Assembly: GCA_976226885.1 (NCBI GenBank)
Contig: OZ320318.1
Location: forward strand, 73,470,001 to 73,534,000
Reading direction: 5' to 3'
Length of the DNA stretch: 64,000 bases
From: Iphione sp. A-MEVVRFRX5
Taxonomy: Eukaryota
Position 1 is the first letter of the stretch. Every line of letters starts with the position of its first letter. Of this stretch, positions 45,042-59,530 are shown piece after piece. The notes below the pieces were generated by a model. That model saw nothing but the letters and a program-made list of their open reading frames with translations, searched no databases and was not told the DNA's origin. The translations under genes were made by a program, and so were the position numbers.

Positions 45042-47835
45042 ATGGGCTGGTTTCGTTACCTCACTTACAACGTACGCAGCCTATATAAGAAGATACCAGA
45101 GTTGAGTAACATCCTACACTCTCGTAATATCGATGTTGCAGCCATCACTGAGACTTGGTTGAATAATAGCTACAGTGATGGTGAGGTATCTATTCAAGGT
45201 TACCACTGTGTTAGGGCTGACCGCACATCCACAGATACCAAAAGGGGGGGGGGGTCTTATCTTCTTCATCAAAGATGGTATCAAGCTGCTTTCTCAACAA
45301 GTATGGACCACAAGTGACAGTTTATGTGAGATGTTGGGAGTCAAGGTGAAAGCGGGGATGCGCCGGCCCCATTACTTTTTGGCTCTGTACAGGCCGCCAC
45401 ATGACAAGCTTTCTGCCTCACAGAAGGCTCTTGGTGCGGTCTTGGATGAACTATCCAAAATCAAAAGATGTGATCTGACGTTACTTGGCGATTTCAACTT
45501 CGATTTCTCGTCCAAGGGCAAAGTGTGCCAATCGCTCACTGAACTCTTGTCTGGCCATGGCTTGACTCAGGTCGTCAGGTCGCCTACGATGCTCTCATCC
45601 GAGCATTGCCTAGACCAGGTCTGGATTAACTTCTGCGGCCACCTGAAAGTTGAGATGCCTGAGTACTTTCTGAGTGATCACTTTCCAGTGTCAGTGAGCA
45701 CCAAGAAGGGAATCTCTACAGGATGCGTGGCAGAGTACTCAACCAGAAACTATCATGAGGTTGATGTCATGGCCATAGACGCTACCCTAAAGGCAGAAGG
45801 TCTGCCTAGCGTATCGGAGGACCCTGGTGAATCTTGGTCAAGCTTCTCCAATCGCGTCAGGTCCCTGGTAGAGAGTGCTGCTCCGGAGGTACGAAAGAAA
45901 AAGCGTACGCGACGGGAGGGTGCACCCATGGATAACGGGACGCTTGAGCTAATCGCTGACAGGCGGTACTTCTTTAAAAAATGGAAGACCTCAGGATGTG
46001 AGGATGCCAAGCGCATCTTCAAATTCCTTAACTCTGCCGTGAAGAAGGTGACTAGGCTGGCCAACAAACTACACTGGGCAAAAAAGATCAAAGCTACAGA
46101 GGGAGACCCAGGAAAAATGTGGGGGGTATTCAACGAAGTGTTGGGTCGGATGCGGAAGGAGGAAACCCTGCCGGCCGACGATGGTATTTTGAACCCGGAC
46201 GGTGTTCATGTACCTCTTGCTGACGCATTCAACAACTTCTTTATTGACGAGGTTGAGAAGCTGGCTACAGAAAACCCCCCCAAGCACAGAATCCCATTAA
46301 GAGGGAGGCAGAATTTTGACTTAGGGGATCCTACCCCGATCAGCCTCCGGCCTTACATTAACAAGATCAAGACCTGCAAAGCATCGGGCGTTACTGGAAT
46401 TCCTACTCGAATTCTCAAGCCTCTGCTTCTGTGTAACCTGGATTTTGTGTCGTTGCTCTTCTCTGCTATCATTCGGCTGGGTGTTTATCCTTCCGAATGG
46501 AAAATAGCGCGGGTCACTCCGGTTTACAAGAAAGGTGACCGCAATAACCTTTCTAACTACAGACCGGTATCCATCCTGCCCTTACCGGGCAAGATTTTTG
46601 AATCATGGATGGTTGACCGGCTGGTTGGGTGCTTGGAGGAGCGTGAATTTCTCCGCCCTGCCCAGCATGGATTTCGCAGCGGCAGAAGCACCGAGACGGC
46701 TGTGGTATGTTTGGTCAATCGGGTTAGAGAGGTGCTCAATGCAGGCATGTATTGCTGCCTGCTTGCGTTCGACCTACGCAAGGCGTTCGATTTGGTGCCC
46801 TCTGCAATTGTCTTGAGAAGACTTGAGGAAGCTGGAGCCAGCCTGTCAGTAAGAAAGCTGATAGCCAGCTACTTCGACAACAGACAACAGTTTGTCAGAT
46901 GTCGGGGAATAGAGTCAAGCAAGAGGCTCGTCGAGCATGGTGTCCCACAGGGCTCTGTGCTCGGCCCAACGGCCTTCACGCTCGTCGCGGACGAGGTAAT
47001 TGGGAGGTTATCCTACCACAGCGAGCCTATTCTGTATGCGGACGACTTGAGTATAGTCGTACGCGCCCCAGATCTCCTCCGTCTCCGCTCATTTGCCCAA
47101 AAGTCTGTGAACGATGTGGCAAACTGGTGTGAGGATGTCGGGCTAGTACTGAGTAAGAACAAATGTGGGTACATGTGCCTCGGCAATGCCGCTACAATTC
47201 CGCTGGACATCAACATTGGCTCATCACCGCTTGTTCGGTGGGATAGCTTCCGTCTGCTGGGCTACATGCTAGATGAGAAGCTGAAGCTCAAGAGTCTTCT
47301 CCGTGATGTCAAGGCCAAGATGTGGTTTGCGTCCATTAAACTTGGGAGAGTCAAACCTCTACTCCCGCTCCATCTACGGGTAAGGCTGTTCAAAGCACTT
47401 GTGATGCTGCACCTCTGCTTTGCTTTACCCCTAATGTATTCATGTACGCGTGGCGACCTGGCCAGAATGCAAATTCATCTGAATCGCTGCATCAGAGTTG
47501 CTACCATTCAGCACAGGCAGATGTCAGCAAAAAGCCTCTCGGACAAGTTTGGTATTGGGAGAGTAGCTGAGCTGGTCGAGGATTGGGCTGTTATTGCAGT
47601 CCATCGACAGGTACACCTCGGCTTAATCACCCAGGCCAAAGAGTCCAGGACTAGGGGAGGTCAAGGCCTGCGGGCTAGTGTCCCGAAACCGAAGAGCCGG
47701 AAGTTCCTTGACTCCATTCGCTACGGGGCTGTCTCGGCCTGGAACAGCCTCCCTCTAGCCATCAGGCAGGACCCAACAGTTGGTCCTCTCAAGCGGCTCC
47801 TTCGGATGCGCAAGAACACGCACGCACTGGGCTAG
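45042..47835 (+). CDS. LINE ORF2p: APE endonuclease plus reverse transcriptase (~930 aa once a +1 frameshift in the G11 run 45244-45254 is removed)
   Basis: APE: NVRSL, ITETWL, RADR, YRPP, GDFN, LDQVW, SDH. RT: NYRPVSIL, QHGFR, DLRKAFD, GVPQGSVLGP, YADD. Confidence 0.95.
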
Positions 47836-48645
47836 TTCCCTCTTACTATTAGGAACCCTAAGAATCCGATCTGGTGGCTCACTGCCACCTCTGCCATCTG
47901 GTCCTAATAGAGGGGGATTCGCAAATTAAACAGCTCATTACAGCACAGCTGGTGAAGTCTTACCCATTGGATGGGCCCACGGGCATTTATTTATTCAGTC
48001 AAATCAACACTAATGTCATTTTTTCAGACATTGACCTTTAATGGATTTTATTAACTAAGTAGTTAGGAGACCTGCTTCCCCTTAGGATATTTAGGGTAGT
48101 TGCTATATAGTTCTCCTCAACCGCGGCATGGTCCAAAAATTCAGCCCCTAGTATAAGGGGGGGTGTCTACTGTAGTTCTTCGTGCAAGAGGGGGTATTGT
48201 GAAAGTGTCTTTCTGAACTGCGTGATCGGATGGGCATCTGATGTTATACTAAGCTCGCAATATAGTGCTACCCCTAAAACAGTAACCATCCTATTGTAAC
48301 TGCTGTCGCCACCCAGTTTAATTAACAAGCTCGCTTGCCTCATACTCTGCCTGCTTTAACCGGCCAGACCTTGACATCAACTTAATCTGCACCTGTCACT
48401 TCTCTGCATTACACTGTATGCTTGCAAACCACCGAACGTGTTTTTCACCATTGTAACTGTCGTGCCTGCCCTGTACACTTGTCCTTGTGTTCTGTTTCAT
48501 GTATTGTAACTCATCTATGTATTGTCCACTACGTCGTGTTGTCATGCACCCCTGTGTTCAATGTTCAATGTTCGCACTTCCATCTGTTATGTTGTTACTA
48601 TAATGTTAACCGAGGAGAACTTTGTGGACTCACGAAGAATTGGTT

Positions 48646-48678
48646 AATAAACGAATAAACGAAACGAATAAACGAATA
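48646..48678 (+). repeat. LINE 3' tail (AATAAACG)n
   Basis: AATAAACG AATAAACG AAACG AATAAACG AATA. Short-repeat tails are characteristic of CR1/L2-group LINEs. Confidence 0.8.
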
Positions 48679-49660
48679 TATGATACCGTAATTATGGCAT
48701 ATCGTCTCGCCGAAGCTGGTTTGTAATTATGGACTCACGTAGGCCTATGTGGTGCTTTGCTTTCAGCGGACATGTCCCTCTTGCAGAATTGCCGGCTTAC
48801 CGGTAGAAACCGGCTGATATGGCTAATCAGCACGTGCATATCGTGGACTACGGCAATTTAGATAATAGCAACTGAAGCTTAGTCCTGAGTGAAAGAGAAT
48901 GCCTTCAGGCCACGCGGCTACTTCTGGTTGACTAGAAGCAGTTTCATGTTAGTCTTCATTGTCAGTTCCTTATATTACAGGATGTTTATCTTAATGTCGT
49001 GGAGCACCGAGTCGCAGGTAGGCCTACATAATTCTGTCAGTGCCAGCGGGGGCCTTTGTTAAGATGCTCTAGTAATATATACATTGTTTTCTCATGGAAA
49101 ATTTTATTTCCCTGTATAAATCACTGTGTAATTCAATATACCATAAACCGAAAAATTTCCAAAATCAATATTAGGTTATAGATTTACAGCAAAGTTGTGT
49201 TTACTGTACTCGTGGCAATGCTTAAACAGTTTGACGTAGGTGTTCCTTTTTAGCGTGTGTCACAAGGAACTGATCTATGGGCACTCAAAGGTCACCTGGA
49301 GCTAGTAATTTAAGCTATACATATATATATTAAGCTATAGCCTACAAAGGTATTACAGTGCCAGCAATCAAACAGTTATAGCTTAATAGTTCCCAGTCAG
49401 CTGAAGCTTTCGGCACTAATTCATTATAGAGCTTACGTACGCGAATTGTCAGTTGACATTATTTGCATCAATAATGTTTCAGACAAAGTGGATAACATAG
49501 TCTGTAGTAGATCGACAAAAGGTACATGATATGAAAGCGAAAAAACAGTCCTTGTTTAATTCTCTCTGATCTTCCTATCTGTTCTATGTAAACCATAATA
49601 AGTCGCATAATAAGTTGCTTTGTATAATGATGACAAAGCTACAGCAACACTGGCCCGATT

Positions 49661-49829
49661 CAGGTCCGTAACCAAGGGGATAACGGGGGTATCGTCCAAC
49701 TCCCCCCGCCACCCCCCACAGACTTTAATGCCTAAATGCCTTTACAGGTATGAACAAACTTAGCTCCACCTGTGGGGTATTGGGGGTATCATCTGATACC
49801 CCACACACAACTCCCTGGCTATGGGCCTG
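49661..49829. mobile_element. MITE, same family as 8081-8400
   Basis: Ends CAGGTCCGTAACCAAGG and CCTGGCTATGGGCCTG, with shared internal GGGTATC/GATACCCC motifs. Confidence 0.7.
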
Positions 49830-51659
49830 TCATATGGCATTCTGTTGATCAATACGTACAGTTACGTAGTAATGATGTCTTATGCATACTACGCTTAAAG
49901 TATTTTTTGTGATCTTTGTGTATTGCATTTTGCAACTGGAGTCATCACTACATAAAAGATGTAGTTAAAGCCAAGTTTAACATCTGCTTAAACGTTATTT
50001 GCATATGTGCTACAATAATGAGTTTTAGGGAAAGATTCTGCACACATGATGTAAAGAAAACACGCACTGTAACATCGGCACTGCTTTGGAATAGTTTTCA
50101 TCTTATAAAAATCTAGGTATTAGTACAAAGTTCACAGTACAGAGTTGAGCATTATCAACTTAAGTTTCTCTCTTACCCCTTAGGCATTCAAAAATTCTCA
50201 CCCAAAATGATTCTCACCCAAATGGACCCATCACCAAAGCCCGTTATAATGAGGCGTGTTTTATCATTCTGGATTGGGCGTGGTCTCTTCCCTTAGTAAC
50301 ATCCAACCAGGGCATGGGGTGGAAAATGGTCCCTCAACAAATAACCTGCATGTAGTAAAAATGAAAAGACTGGAAGAAAGAGGTGAGCTTTCTCAGGCAA
50401 CTACTGAACAAATGTAGAGGGTAGGAGTAAACGGTTTGGTACATATTATTGAGTCAAAGTTTGATTATTGCTGACTGCCACTGGAATATAGAGGGTCCTG
50501 AAAGTAGGTCATCTTTGGGGTAACATCTAGTGTGAGGCGGTTGGTCCGTTAGGTAATGTGATGTCCTGTCTTATTCCTCTGCCTTATTTATAGGCTGCCA
50601 AAACATTGATATAGGGCGATAAGAATACTCTTCAACTAATTTCAGAATGCAGATATACCACTTATAATACAAATTGTATAAAATCAAATATCATGTGTTG
50701 AATACCTGTGGCCATATTTTCATCAATGGCATATTGTAATGCGTCTCTGTCTAAAAGAACACTGGCAATTATTAGATTTGAACATAACTGAATCGGGTTT
50801 TTCAGGGTAGGGTAATCTCACTAACAGAATAGGATGACTATTGGGCTAAGCGTTATTTGCTTTAGCGTTATGAGTTTGTGGATGAAAATGACTGACTACA
50901 AATTCATCAGGTTGGATAGATATGGGACTAATGACATTGAAGAAGGAGGGGTTTATTGCCTATTATAGAGAGAATTACCAGCTGCTAAGTCATATAGGTT
51001 ATGTCCCATATTGGTCGAAGTGCAAACTGTTGTCTGTAAGGCTCAAATGTAGACGACATAGGCCACAGCAAGTACTATCTGTCTATAGGTTTCCTGGTTT
51101 TAGGGTCAAAGGCTCTGCCTTAAACTGTCATTGATGAAGTTTGTGCTGTTAAAAGCTGACTTTATTTTCAGTGTCAGTGATCACTCTACATTTGCGTTCA
51201 GCTCAGTGATCTCCTAGCTAGAAGGGGTTTCTGCCAATCAATTAACGGTAGGACAATGATAATGATGCAATTAACACTGCTTAGAACAATGGATGCAAGT
51301 GGCAAGGATTTGAATGTATAGATAATTTATTATAAGTTTATTTTCAAAGACATCTTTTACAATAATGGCAAAAGTTATCCTCTATGTGACATGTAATGTG
51401 ATGTGCTCAGGTTACATATTTGTGCAATAATAAATATAGTGTTATAGTTACTGGATAGAATAAGGTAATTTCTAATATGCATGATATACTTTGAAAGTTA
51501 ATACTTAACACTTACCTGTAAACAATCTGGTGTGGTCAAAATCAACGTAATCTTTTCCTAAATGATGCAATACGAGCAACTTTCTTTTGTGCCTCCTAGC
51601 AAATCATTCTAAGCCATTATACCCTGATATATCATTGACCTCATTACAAAAGCTGATCT

Positions 51660-52700
51660 TGTGGTTGGTAATACCAAACTGGTCATTTTTTCCAAGCGAG
51701 TTCAACCATAATCTATAGTCGGTAATACATCCCTTAGGTAGCTTCTATAGATTTCAATTAACATTAAGTCTTTACGTCATTTATGTACATCATTGATGTC
51801 TTGATGTTTTTAACTTTTTGTATGCGTTTTTGTCTTTCATTATTCGTTTTACACATCGATTGTATGTTTTCTGGAGGCTGTTTATTCTACCTTTGTGCAA
51901 ACTGCTTATCAAAGCACTAATGTACTCTATGTGTGGTTTGATGAATGCATACACCAAGTTATACCTTGTTTTGAAGGGCATCAACATGCATAATTAGGTT
52001 TCTTTTTAACTGATTCAATGGTGTCTGCCAATGTTAGTTTTCACCTTTAATTGTGTAGGGAGGCTCATTGCACCACTGTAACATGTTCTTGATCAATGTT
52101 CTGATCAGGTACCTTAGTGAGTTAGCATCATCACCTTGTATGACTATAGAGTGGAACCTCTCTACTATGGACAGAAAAGGGACTGGCCAAGAACTGACCA
52201 TAAAGAGGGGTGTCCTTTATAGCAGGGATATTTAAACATGATTGTATAGAGTTTGTTCCTCTCTATTCTGTCCATAGTGAGGGGTGTCCTTTATAGAGGG
52301 TGTCCTTGATAGAGGGGTTCCACTGTACTTAGATAATAAGCATACATTGTTACTTTACAATCGCTAGGAAATATATTCATTACACTAGTAGCCACTATAT
52401 TGAAGCCTAATGGCCTAAATATGGACCCCTGTGCCATCCCACGATCCTGCTGTAAAATAGACATCGATTTGTAAAGTAGTTCTCAAAGAGACTAACGAAC
52501 AGCTTGTCTATCCCTGTATCATCCGTTATTCTGCGTAAAATATGTCTGTTTATTAAGTCGAATGTTTTTTTCGTGTCTAGAACAACTACTGCAACTTTTT
52601 TCTCTTAGCAATTCCATCATAGACATTCATAATGATCTCAAATTTGACTGTCGCAGTACTTTTTCCACTTACAAACCCATGCCGATGGGATTACCAAAAT
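51660..52700 (-). pseudogene. decayed LINE RT fragment interrupted by a MITE
   Basis: Minus strand: HGFVSGKSTA, VVLDTKKTFDL, GMAQGSIF.P, MYA, and C-terminal PFKTRYNLVYAFIKPHIEY. Confidence 0.7.
52149..52325. mobile_element. Tc1/pogo-type MITE (177 bp) with TA TSD
   Basis: TA|GAGTGGAACCTCTCTA ... TAGAGGGGTTCCACTG|TA. Confidence 0.85.
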
Positions 52701-53569
52701 GAGATTGTATCTAAGTGCCTTTGAATTTGATTATATATTACATTTTCAAATATTTTTCTTATGTATGACAAGGTTGTTACCAGTCGATAATTATTCAACT
52801 CATATATTGGATTCTCTGAACATATTCAGATACCTGGACAAGAAGGTCAAAGCTGAGCTCAGGCATGAAAGATATATATTCGTGTCAAGCAATGGTAAGG
52901 ATTTTAGGAAGGACGACAGGAAACTGTAGAATGTCTACATTAAAATTATGGGTAGAGGGGTGAACAAGGGGATCGCCCAGATCTGGCTAAGCTTCGTGAC
53001 GATGTTACTTACCTTGCTACACAGTTCAAATATCCTTACAGAAGTTGAAAACGTACTGACCTATGTTCCACCTGCTCCTAGACAGACGTATCTGGCAGAC
53101 GATGGCTTTGAGTTAGGGAAATTCTCAAGAGTCAAAGTGTCAAGTGTCGAGGCTCGCATACCCCCCAAAAATACAAAAGCAGGTTGTCCTCCATTTCTCT
53201 AAGCTGGGTATTCTTCAGCATCTACCAAATTAACCGATCGCCGTTTTACGTCATTTTGCGATAAAAAGAAGTTTATACTTGCAGTGAAATTTATGTCATT
53301 TACATTGTGAGATCGCGGGAAAACTTAACAGGGTTGTTTCTTCTCTGTAAATTAGGCTAGAGAAACATATTTCCTTCCTTAGGTCCTCAGCTTTAATTTG
53401 ATATAAATTTGATTAAGATCAGACAAGTAGAACTGTGTCTTTTTGTTTGGAAATACATCTCCTATCTAGATTATTTACAAGCAGCATGTTATAGCTGTCA
53501 TAATCTGATCTGTTGCTGTCGTAGCCTCTCTACCAGTTACAATGGTTGTTGTGCATTATAAAGACGTAA

Positions 53570-54900
53570 TTCGGCGATCGGTCAATTGGACACTACCCAT
53601 CAGTTTGGAAAATTGCACGCATGACTCCTGTGCATAAAAAGGTGACCCTAACGTGATCGGCAATTATCCCCTAGTCTCAATACTACCACCTCCTGGCAAG
53701 ATCAGTGAACAATGGAATGCTAGAGATATTGCAAAACAACTTCAAAATCAGGGACGCTTGAGTTAGCCCCCATATTGCTTCAGGAGCAGGCATAGTACTG
53801 AGATGGTCATAGTTCAACTTGTGGGCACGGCGCAGGTGTTATGCAATAGAGTGATTATGTATGCACACTGGCATTCTATCTAATATTAACTTTGACTTGG
53901 CCCGACATGACAAAGTCATCAGTAGGCATGTTGAAGTGGGCGTTGTGAACCATCTGGTCATGATGGTTACAGGGTAGCTCTCTGACAGGGGTCATTATGT
54001 AAAGTGCCAATGGACTGAATCAGGTCAGTTGAGCATACATAAGGGGGTGCCGCAAGGGTCAGTTTTCAGCCCTGAAGCCTTCAGTATGGTTCCTGACACG
54101 GTGGTAAGTGTTCTTTCACCAGGTACAACTGCTTTTATGTATGTGGACAACCTGACTATTCTGGCTCTTGCAAGGCATCTCCTGCATCTGAGGGGTGTTG
54201 TCATCCATACCCCGCATGCTGCCTCTAGATGGTGTGACTCAGTGAGTTTGAGGGTCAGTGGGAATAAATGTGGGTTACATGTCCATTAGCAGGGCACGTG
54301 GGCTCAATCTTGACCTACACCTGAATGTGGAACATGCTATCCTGAACAACCAGAGGGAAATAAAGATTCTGGGTTTTGTGGTGTATGACCGGCTATCATT
54401 CTTTAACAGCATCAAAAGGTCCAAAAAGGAATGTGATTGACTTCCCTGTGACTATCACCCATGAGAGGCTCCTTCCACTGAAAGCCAAGGTTGATCTCCT
54501 CAAATCCAGGGTGTTTACCCACTTGAATTATTAAGCAGTGAACTACTTTGGCCTTTTGGCAACAGATATGGTAAGGCTGCAGATACACCGGACCAGGTGT
54601 ATTAGACTGTTTCTGCTGATGAACACCAACATTTGGAGCTTCATTCCTAAGGTGAGATACAGGATTGACAATGTGGAGGACCTTATTAAGTTCAAAGTAT
54701 TACAGGCTATTCATAGGTAGATGCCTCTATCCCTCTTGCCATTTGAAAAAAACACCCACACAACTAATAGTGCCTTATGGAGGGATTGTATCAGTAAGCC
54801 CAATTCCAGGCTGTATTCTAGATGTCAGGGTTATCATGGCATTGCAAGATAGAATGATCTTCCCTCAAGGCAAAAGGAGTCAGCGAAGCTGCTCTTGACC
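53570..54900 (+). pseudogene. decayed 5'-truncated LINE RT, related to the 41-48 kb element
   Basis: PSVWKIARMTPVHKKGD..NY..VSILP.PGKI, GVPQGSVF.P, MYVDNLTI and NKCG are collinear with ORF2 of the intact element. Confidence 0.8.
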
Positions 54901-57900
54901 AATGTCAGATCGAGTGAATGGTCTCTGTGCTGCATTCTTTACATGACATACCTATTACAAACCAATGGAAAGGGATTTCACCTTATCGCTGCATACTGGA
55001 ATTCAAGTGTGTGAAACTGTTAAGGCCATGACTATCTCTGTATATGACTAGATCTTATAGGACCCTTGATAAGTATTGCTCTGTAGGTAACAATGCTGCA
55101 CCTGAGAGAGGTGACACTAGATGCCTCTCCACTTCTGCCCCTAAACATCAGAAATCAGAGATCTAACAGGGTATATTCAGTTAGGCAGTGTATCACCATT
55201 GGTTCATGGTCAAGGTGTACCATAAACTGGTGTCCAAATACTACCTGAGCCTTAACAACACTTATGTTTGACTGCCTACCCATGTATGTATGTTACTCTA
55301 TTGTGCTATGTTAATCTAGTGATAAGTTCATGAGTCATGTACTGTTTGTCTTACTCCAGTCTGGTGTGATTAGTTTAAGGGAAGCTGGGTGGTTAATATC
55401 TAACTTTTACCTCCAGAGAATATGAAAAACTGATCTGATTCTCATAGTGATAGGACACACCAACATAGGGGAAATTATCAGGAAACGTATGAAAAAGAAA
55501 GGATAGGGTGTAGGGGGTCATGTATGACTTGTGTTTATCATTTTACAACGGGTAGGGAGTAATATTCTATTATTTGTCAGAAGAAAACATTAAAATATAT
55601 ATATAAAAAAAGCCATTTTCAAAAGGACCTGACATACTCCCATCATGAAGTTTAATGGTAAGACACGAGGGAAGGAAGGAGTTAGAAATGGTGAATTGAG
55701 GTTGTAAGGAGAAGAGATAATAAAGGACAAAGGACAAATCTATATTTTCAAAACATGGATCCCATGTCAATTTAAGGTAAAGTATCGAAAAGCCGGTTTT
55801 TCCACATTCTTTCAGTTTGACAACCATACGGTGTATTTGCTGGGTTGTTACAAAAATTAGAAACAATCTAAATGCACGTACGACAAGTTTGAATGATAAA
55901 ATAAGAGTTCACTTTTGTCATATTATATGATCGTTACAATTATTATTTTTGCTTTCTATTGTCTATTTCAACAATACGAATACCCACTGGTTAGGGGGGG
56001 CAGTTTGAAGGCAGGAAAAGTTTTGGAATTGAATGAACTGCATATGGCTTAGTGCTTTTTATGAGCTGTGATCAACCTATAATGGTTACAAGTCAACACA
56101 TCCTTGTGAAAAAAATGTCAACCTGTTACAGGCTAGGATCAATTCATTCCAACTGCGCCCACTTTCTGTGTGTCCTTTACTTCCTGAAGAGATATTTTCA
56201 ATCATATATTCACTGAACACTTTTTGTTAATGACAGTTGGCTCTAGTCAACCACAGTGCACCCTCAAAAAAGTGCAGGAATATGATACCTCGGACAAACA
56301 AAAGCTGTCTATTATTGCAGTCAATGAGAAGATTAAAATGCTCCGTTAATGTGACAGATAGAATTATTTGCTTTTGTATGAATAAAGGGTATATATTAAC
56401 AGTGATTCATGGCAGATTTTGTGATTTTCCATCAAATGAGTGTTGTAGCATCGGAAAGGCCTATGGAGCTTGCGGAATCTTGCCAGATGTAAGTATCAGT
56501 GCTGCTTTTTGGGTGGACTGAACAATCAGTTGAATAGCAATCAGTGGATTAGCGTCATTGAACTAGATGAGCTGCTTATGTGAAGCTTTCATCCATCTTT
56601 ATCAAAACATCAAACTCTTACTCTGACATTGGCGACTAAACTCTTTCATACAGCATTTCATTATCACGATAGACACCGGCGGTGTGGTACAATTTTGCCC
56701 CAAGTATTGTTTGATACCTTAAGGAAAACATTTACATTACGAATGATACAATGAACATTATAGGATACACAGCTAAAGCCATGGATAATATAAGCAAGGA
56801 AAAGTTTGCATGCTACGCAGCGTAGTGTTGTTGAAATAGAACTATCTCCCTAGCGCAAAACGGAGCCATTCTAACGGATCAACAGGAAAGCCATATCGCA
56901 TCCACTATAAATCAAATGAAGGCAAGGAGGCCTACCGACCAGAATCAATCAAGTCTTGCAGCATTGTGTTTTGTAGGGGAGCCGGACATAACATGCACGC
57001 ATAAGTTTGGTGACACACGATTATTAGCTAAGGAATTTGACAGATCACTAATAACGTGATAAAATGTCTCGCCTCTGTGCTCGTTGGTTCCTGATGAATC
57101 TTTCATAATGAATGTCAGTGGTAATAAAACTAGTCGAGCAAAAGAAAGCAAGTGATTCTACTAGGTGGCTAGTCTCATAGGCGCTGTATTCCAGTGGCAC
57201 CGGTCTGGTTTCACTCTTGTGGTAGATTATTCGAAAATATGCCCTTCAATGACAGTGTATATAGGTCTTCTTTATCACAATGTAGCTTCCATTCATCCAA
57301 TCACTGTGATTAACTCTTGTAGCAATGTTTCAACCTGGATTACAATACGTCATCCTAAAGGTCACCCGTTGCCCCCAGATTCAGCCATGGCGGTATGGCA
57401 TTTTTTACATGAAATGTGTTGAGTGAGGGGATAACGTGATATTGAATCTCTCATCTTGCAGTATCATCCTTCTAGCCTTTACCAAATTGATGCTTGCCTC
57501 GTTACCGGCATTTATATTTACTGAAACTGTCCTTTACTTTACATGTCTCTCTTCTTTTGGTATTTGGCAACGTAATTCTCTGCATTAATGTACATTGTAA
57601 TCCATGTAGTTGACTTATTTCTGATCATTCTGTTAGCCTCCACCATGATAAAGATGAATTGACTGTAAATAAAGTTGACTTGTTTAGTCCAAAATAAACG
57701 TAACATGACTGACATAGAAGCCTTTGCCTACAACTCCTTATATACTAAAAAGATCTGACCTTTGATTAATTACGCTTTCCATCCAACTAACTCGCAACCC
57801 CCAAACCCCTATCTTGAAAGCCATCTGCCTTCACTCAACCTTCCCTCTTTCCACTATGCTTCCCTCTGCCTTCCGTCCTCAATACCCGTAGTTCTTTTTT

Positions 57901-58584
57901 TATTCTAGTGTTAATGTAATGGTTGTATCAACTGAAGAAGTCCGTTTTGTATTTATGAAATCATTATTTCCACTGGGAATGCATAAAAACGTATGCTCCA
58001 GTACATTACAGGGTCTTAGTTTCTCTTAGATACTACAACAGGTGCCTCACATGCTGTGAGGACAATCTGGTGAAATGCAATGAAATGCGAGCCATTGTAT
58101 CAACCCACGGTCCTGTTTCTGTCCATCGAGATATCCGATCACACAAAGCACCAAGGAAACACCCAGTGCATTGTCTGGTAAACCCTCCGAAGACAGTAAA
58201 TCTAAAAAGGTAGTAGCCTGATTCAATTCTGAATTTAGTGCTCTTTTGGATTACAGGTTTGAGAAAGAAACCAGATTGAGGACAATACCTCGGTTAAACC
58301 TGGCTGATAGGATTTCCAAAAATAAATCAATGCTGAGGGGAGAACTCCTCTAAATATATAAAGACTCAACCCCTAAGAAGAGGCGAATTAGGCTGACATG
58401 CTGTGAATTCGAAGATCCCTTGGAGAAGTCTGGCTTCAGACCTAATTGAAAGAAGTACGTAACAACAGGATAGAAGTGGATGGGATATGGTACAGTGTTA
58501 AACCGTTACACCATTTGCCGCTCAAATTCACTATTAAGTTCTCTAGCCACATTGAGAACGGTGGTAGGCTATTTTTTGCTTGCT

Positions 58585-59015
58585 CAACCTCTCCACTTTC
58601 CAGTCTCTCGTCTTTACAAAAGTGATGCATGGTGAGACATTTGGTTCTTCAGAGCAGGCCAATATCAATAAACTCTTGGACACACAAGTTAAACATTCTA
58701 TGTCACACCAAATTGAAGTGCTGAAACTATAGATGAGGTGTTGAGGGTCAAGAATGGGGAACGTACTAACCTGCCATTCAAGCCAAGAGAAGATGTGATG
58801 CTGAATGTTCTACAGGAGAAATTCTACCAGAATGGGACGTTTAGGGATTTTCTTCTGGAAATTGGCGGGAAAATACTGGTGGAAGCGTTCCGGTCCTTGG
58901 AATGGAGAGCTGGTCACATAATTGGTTCCAGAGGGTTAATTGGTCCTGGGGATATTTTCAAGTAAGAATCAGTATTAGTAAAATTGCTGAGGCAAGTAAG
59001 GTGAGAACTGTGGTT
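58585..59015 (+). pseudogene. decayed NADAR domain
   Basis: LSTF...HGETFGSSEQA...K, EDVMLNVLQEKFYQNGTFRDFLLEIGGKILVEA...W..G, and KNQ..KLLRQVR across frameshifts. Confidence 0.75.
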
Positions 59016-59159
59016 CGGTATGGATCAGTGAGTGTACGAATGCACCCGCCGCTTACACAGTTACCGTGTCTATGGGTCACTGGTGGTGACCCCCTGATCT
59101 CATAAGGTGTGAGAGTAGGTTCACGCTACGCCTATAGCGTGCTTGGGCTCCAGCGACCC

Positions 59160-59530
59160 CTTTGTCTTCGCCTCTAGCCATCTCCATACTATAGTCATTT
59201 CACCTATTTTGGAGGGAACATAGAAGTCAGATATTTCCCTGGAGCTACCATTGAAGGGTTAACAGAGCCGTTGGCTTACCTACCTACCCTTGTCTAGTTG
59301 TTATCTTCCTCTATGGCAATAATCTGATCAGGCGATACTGGCATTGCAGGGAGGACGGCAGTATATAGTGCATTACTGCCTGTCGGAAAGCTGCGGACAA
59401 GCCGGATCTGCGTTACCGGTGTTGTAGTTGTGGTATGCAACAAAAGTACATTTACTTGCAGATCATGATATCTTCACTTTTCTCTAGAGATCCTGCCACC
59501 ATGAACCTTTACCTAAACGGGTAACTCTCC
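59160..59530 (+). pseudogene. decayed SGNH esterase-like domain
   Basis: FVFASSH (block I-like), VRYFPGATIEGL (block II), LVVIFLYGNNL (block III), and a possible RD..H.N remnant near 59485. Confidence 0.6.

Larger units (their letters stand above)
41090..48678 (+). mobile_element. near-intact CR1-group (CR1/L2/Crack-like) LINE with three ORFs; 5' end approximate
   Basis: ORF1, an SGNH-like ORF, APE-RT ORF2, a ~810-bp 3' UTR and an (AATAAACG)n tail. Confidence 0.9.

Noticed and set aside
55000-58100. Coding features in short ORFs
   Set aside because: All ORFs are under 100 aa, AT-rich and without recognisable motifs.
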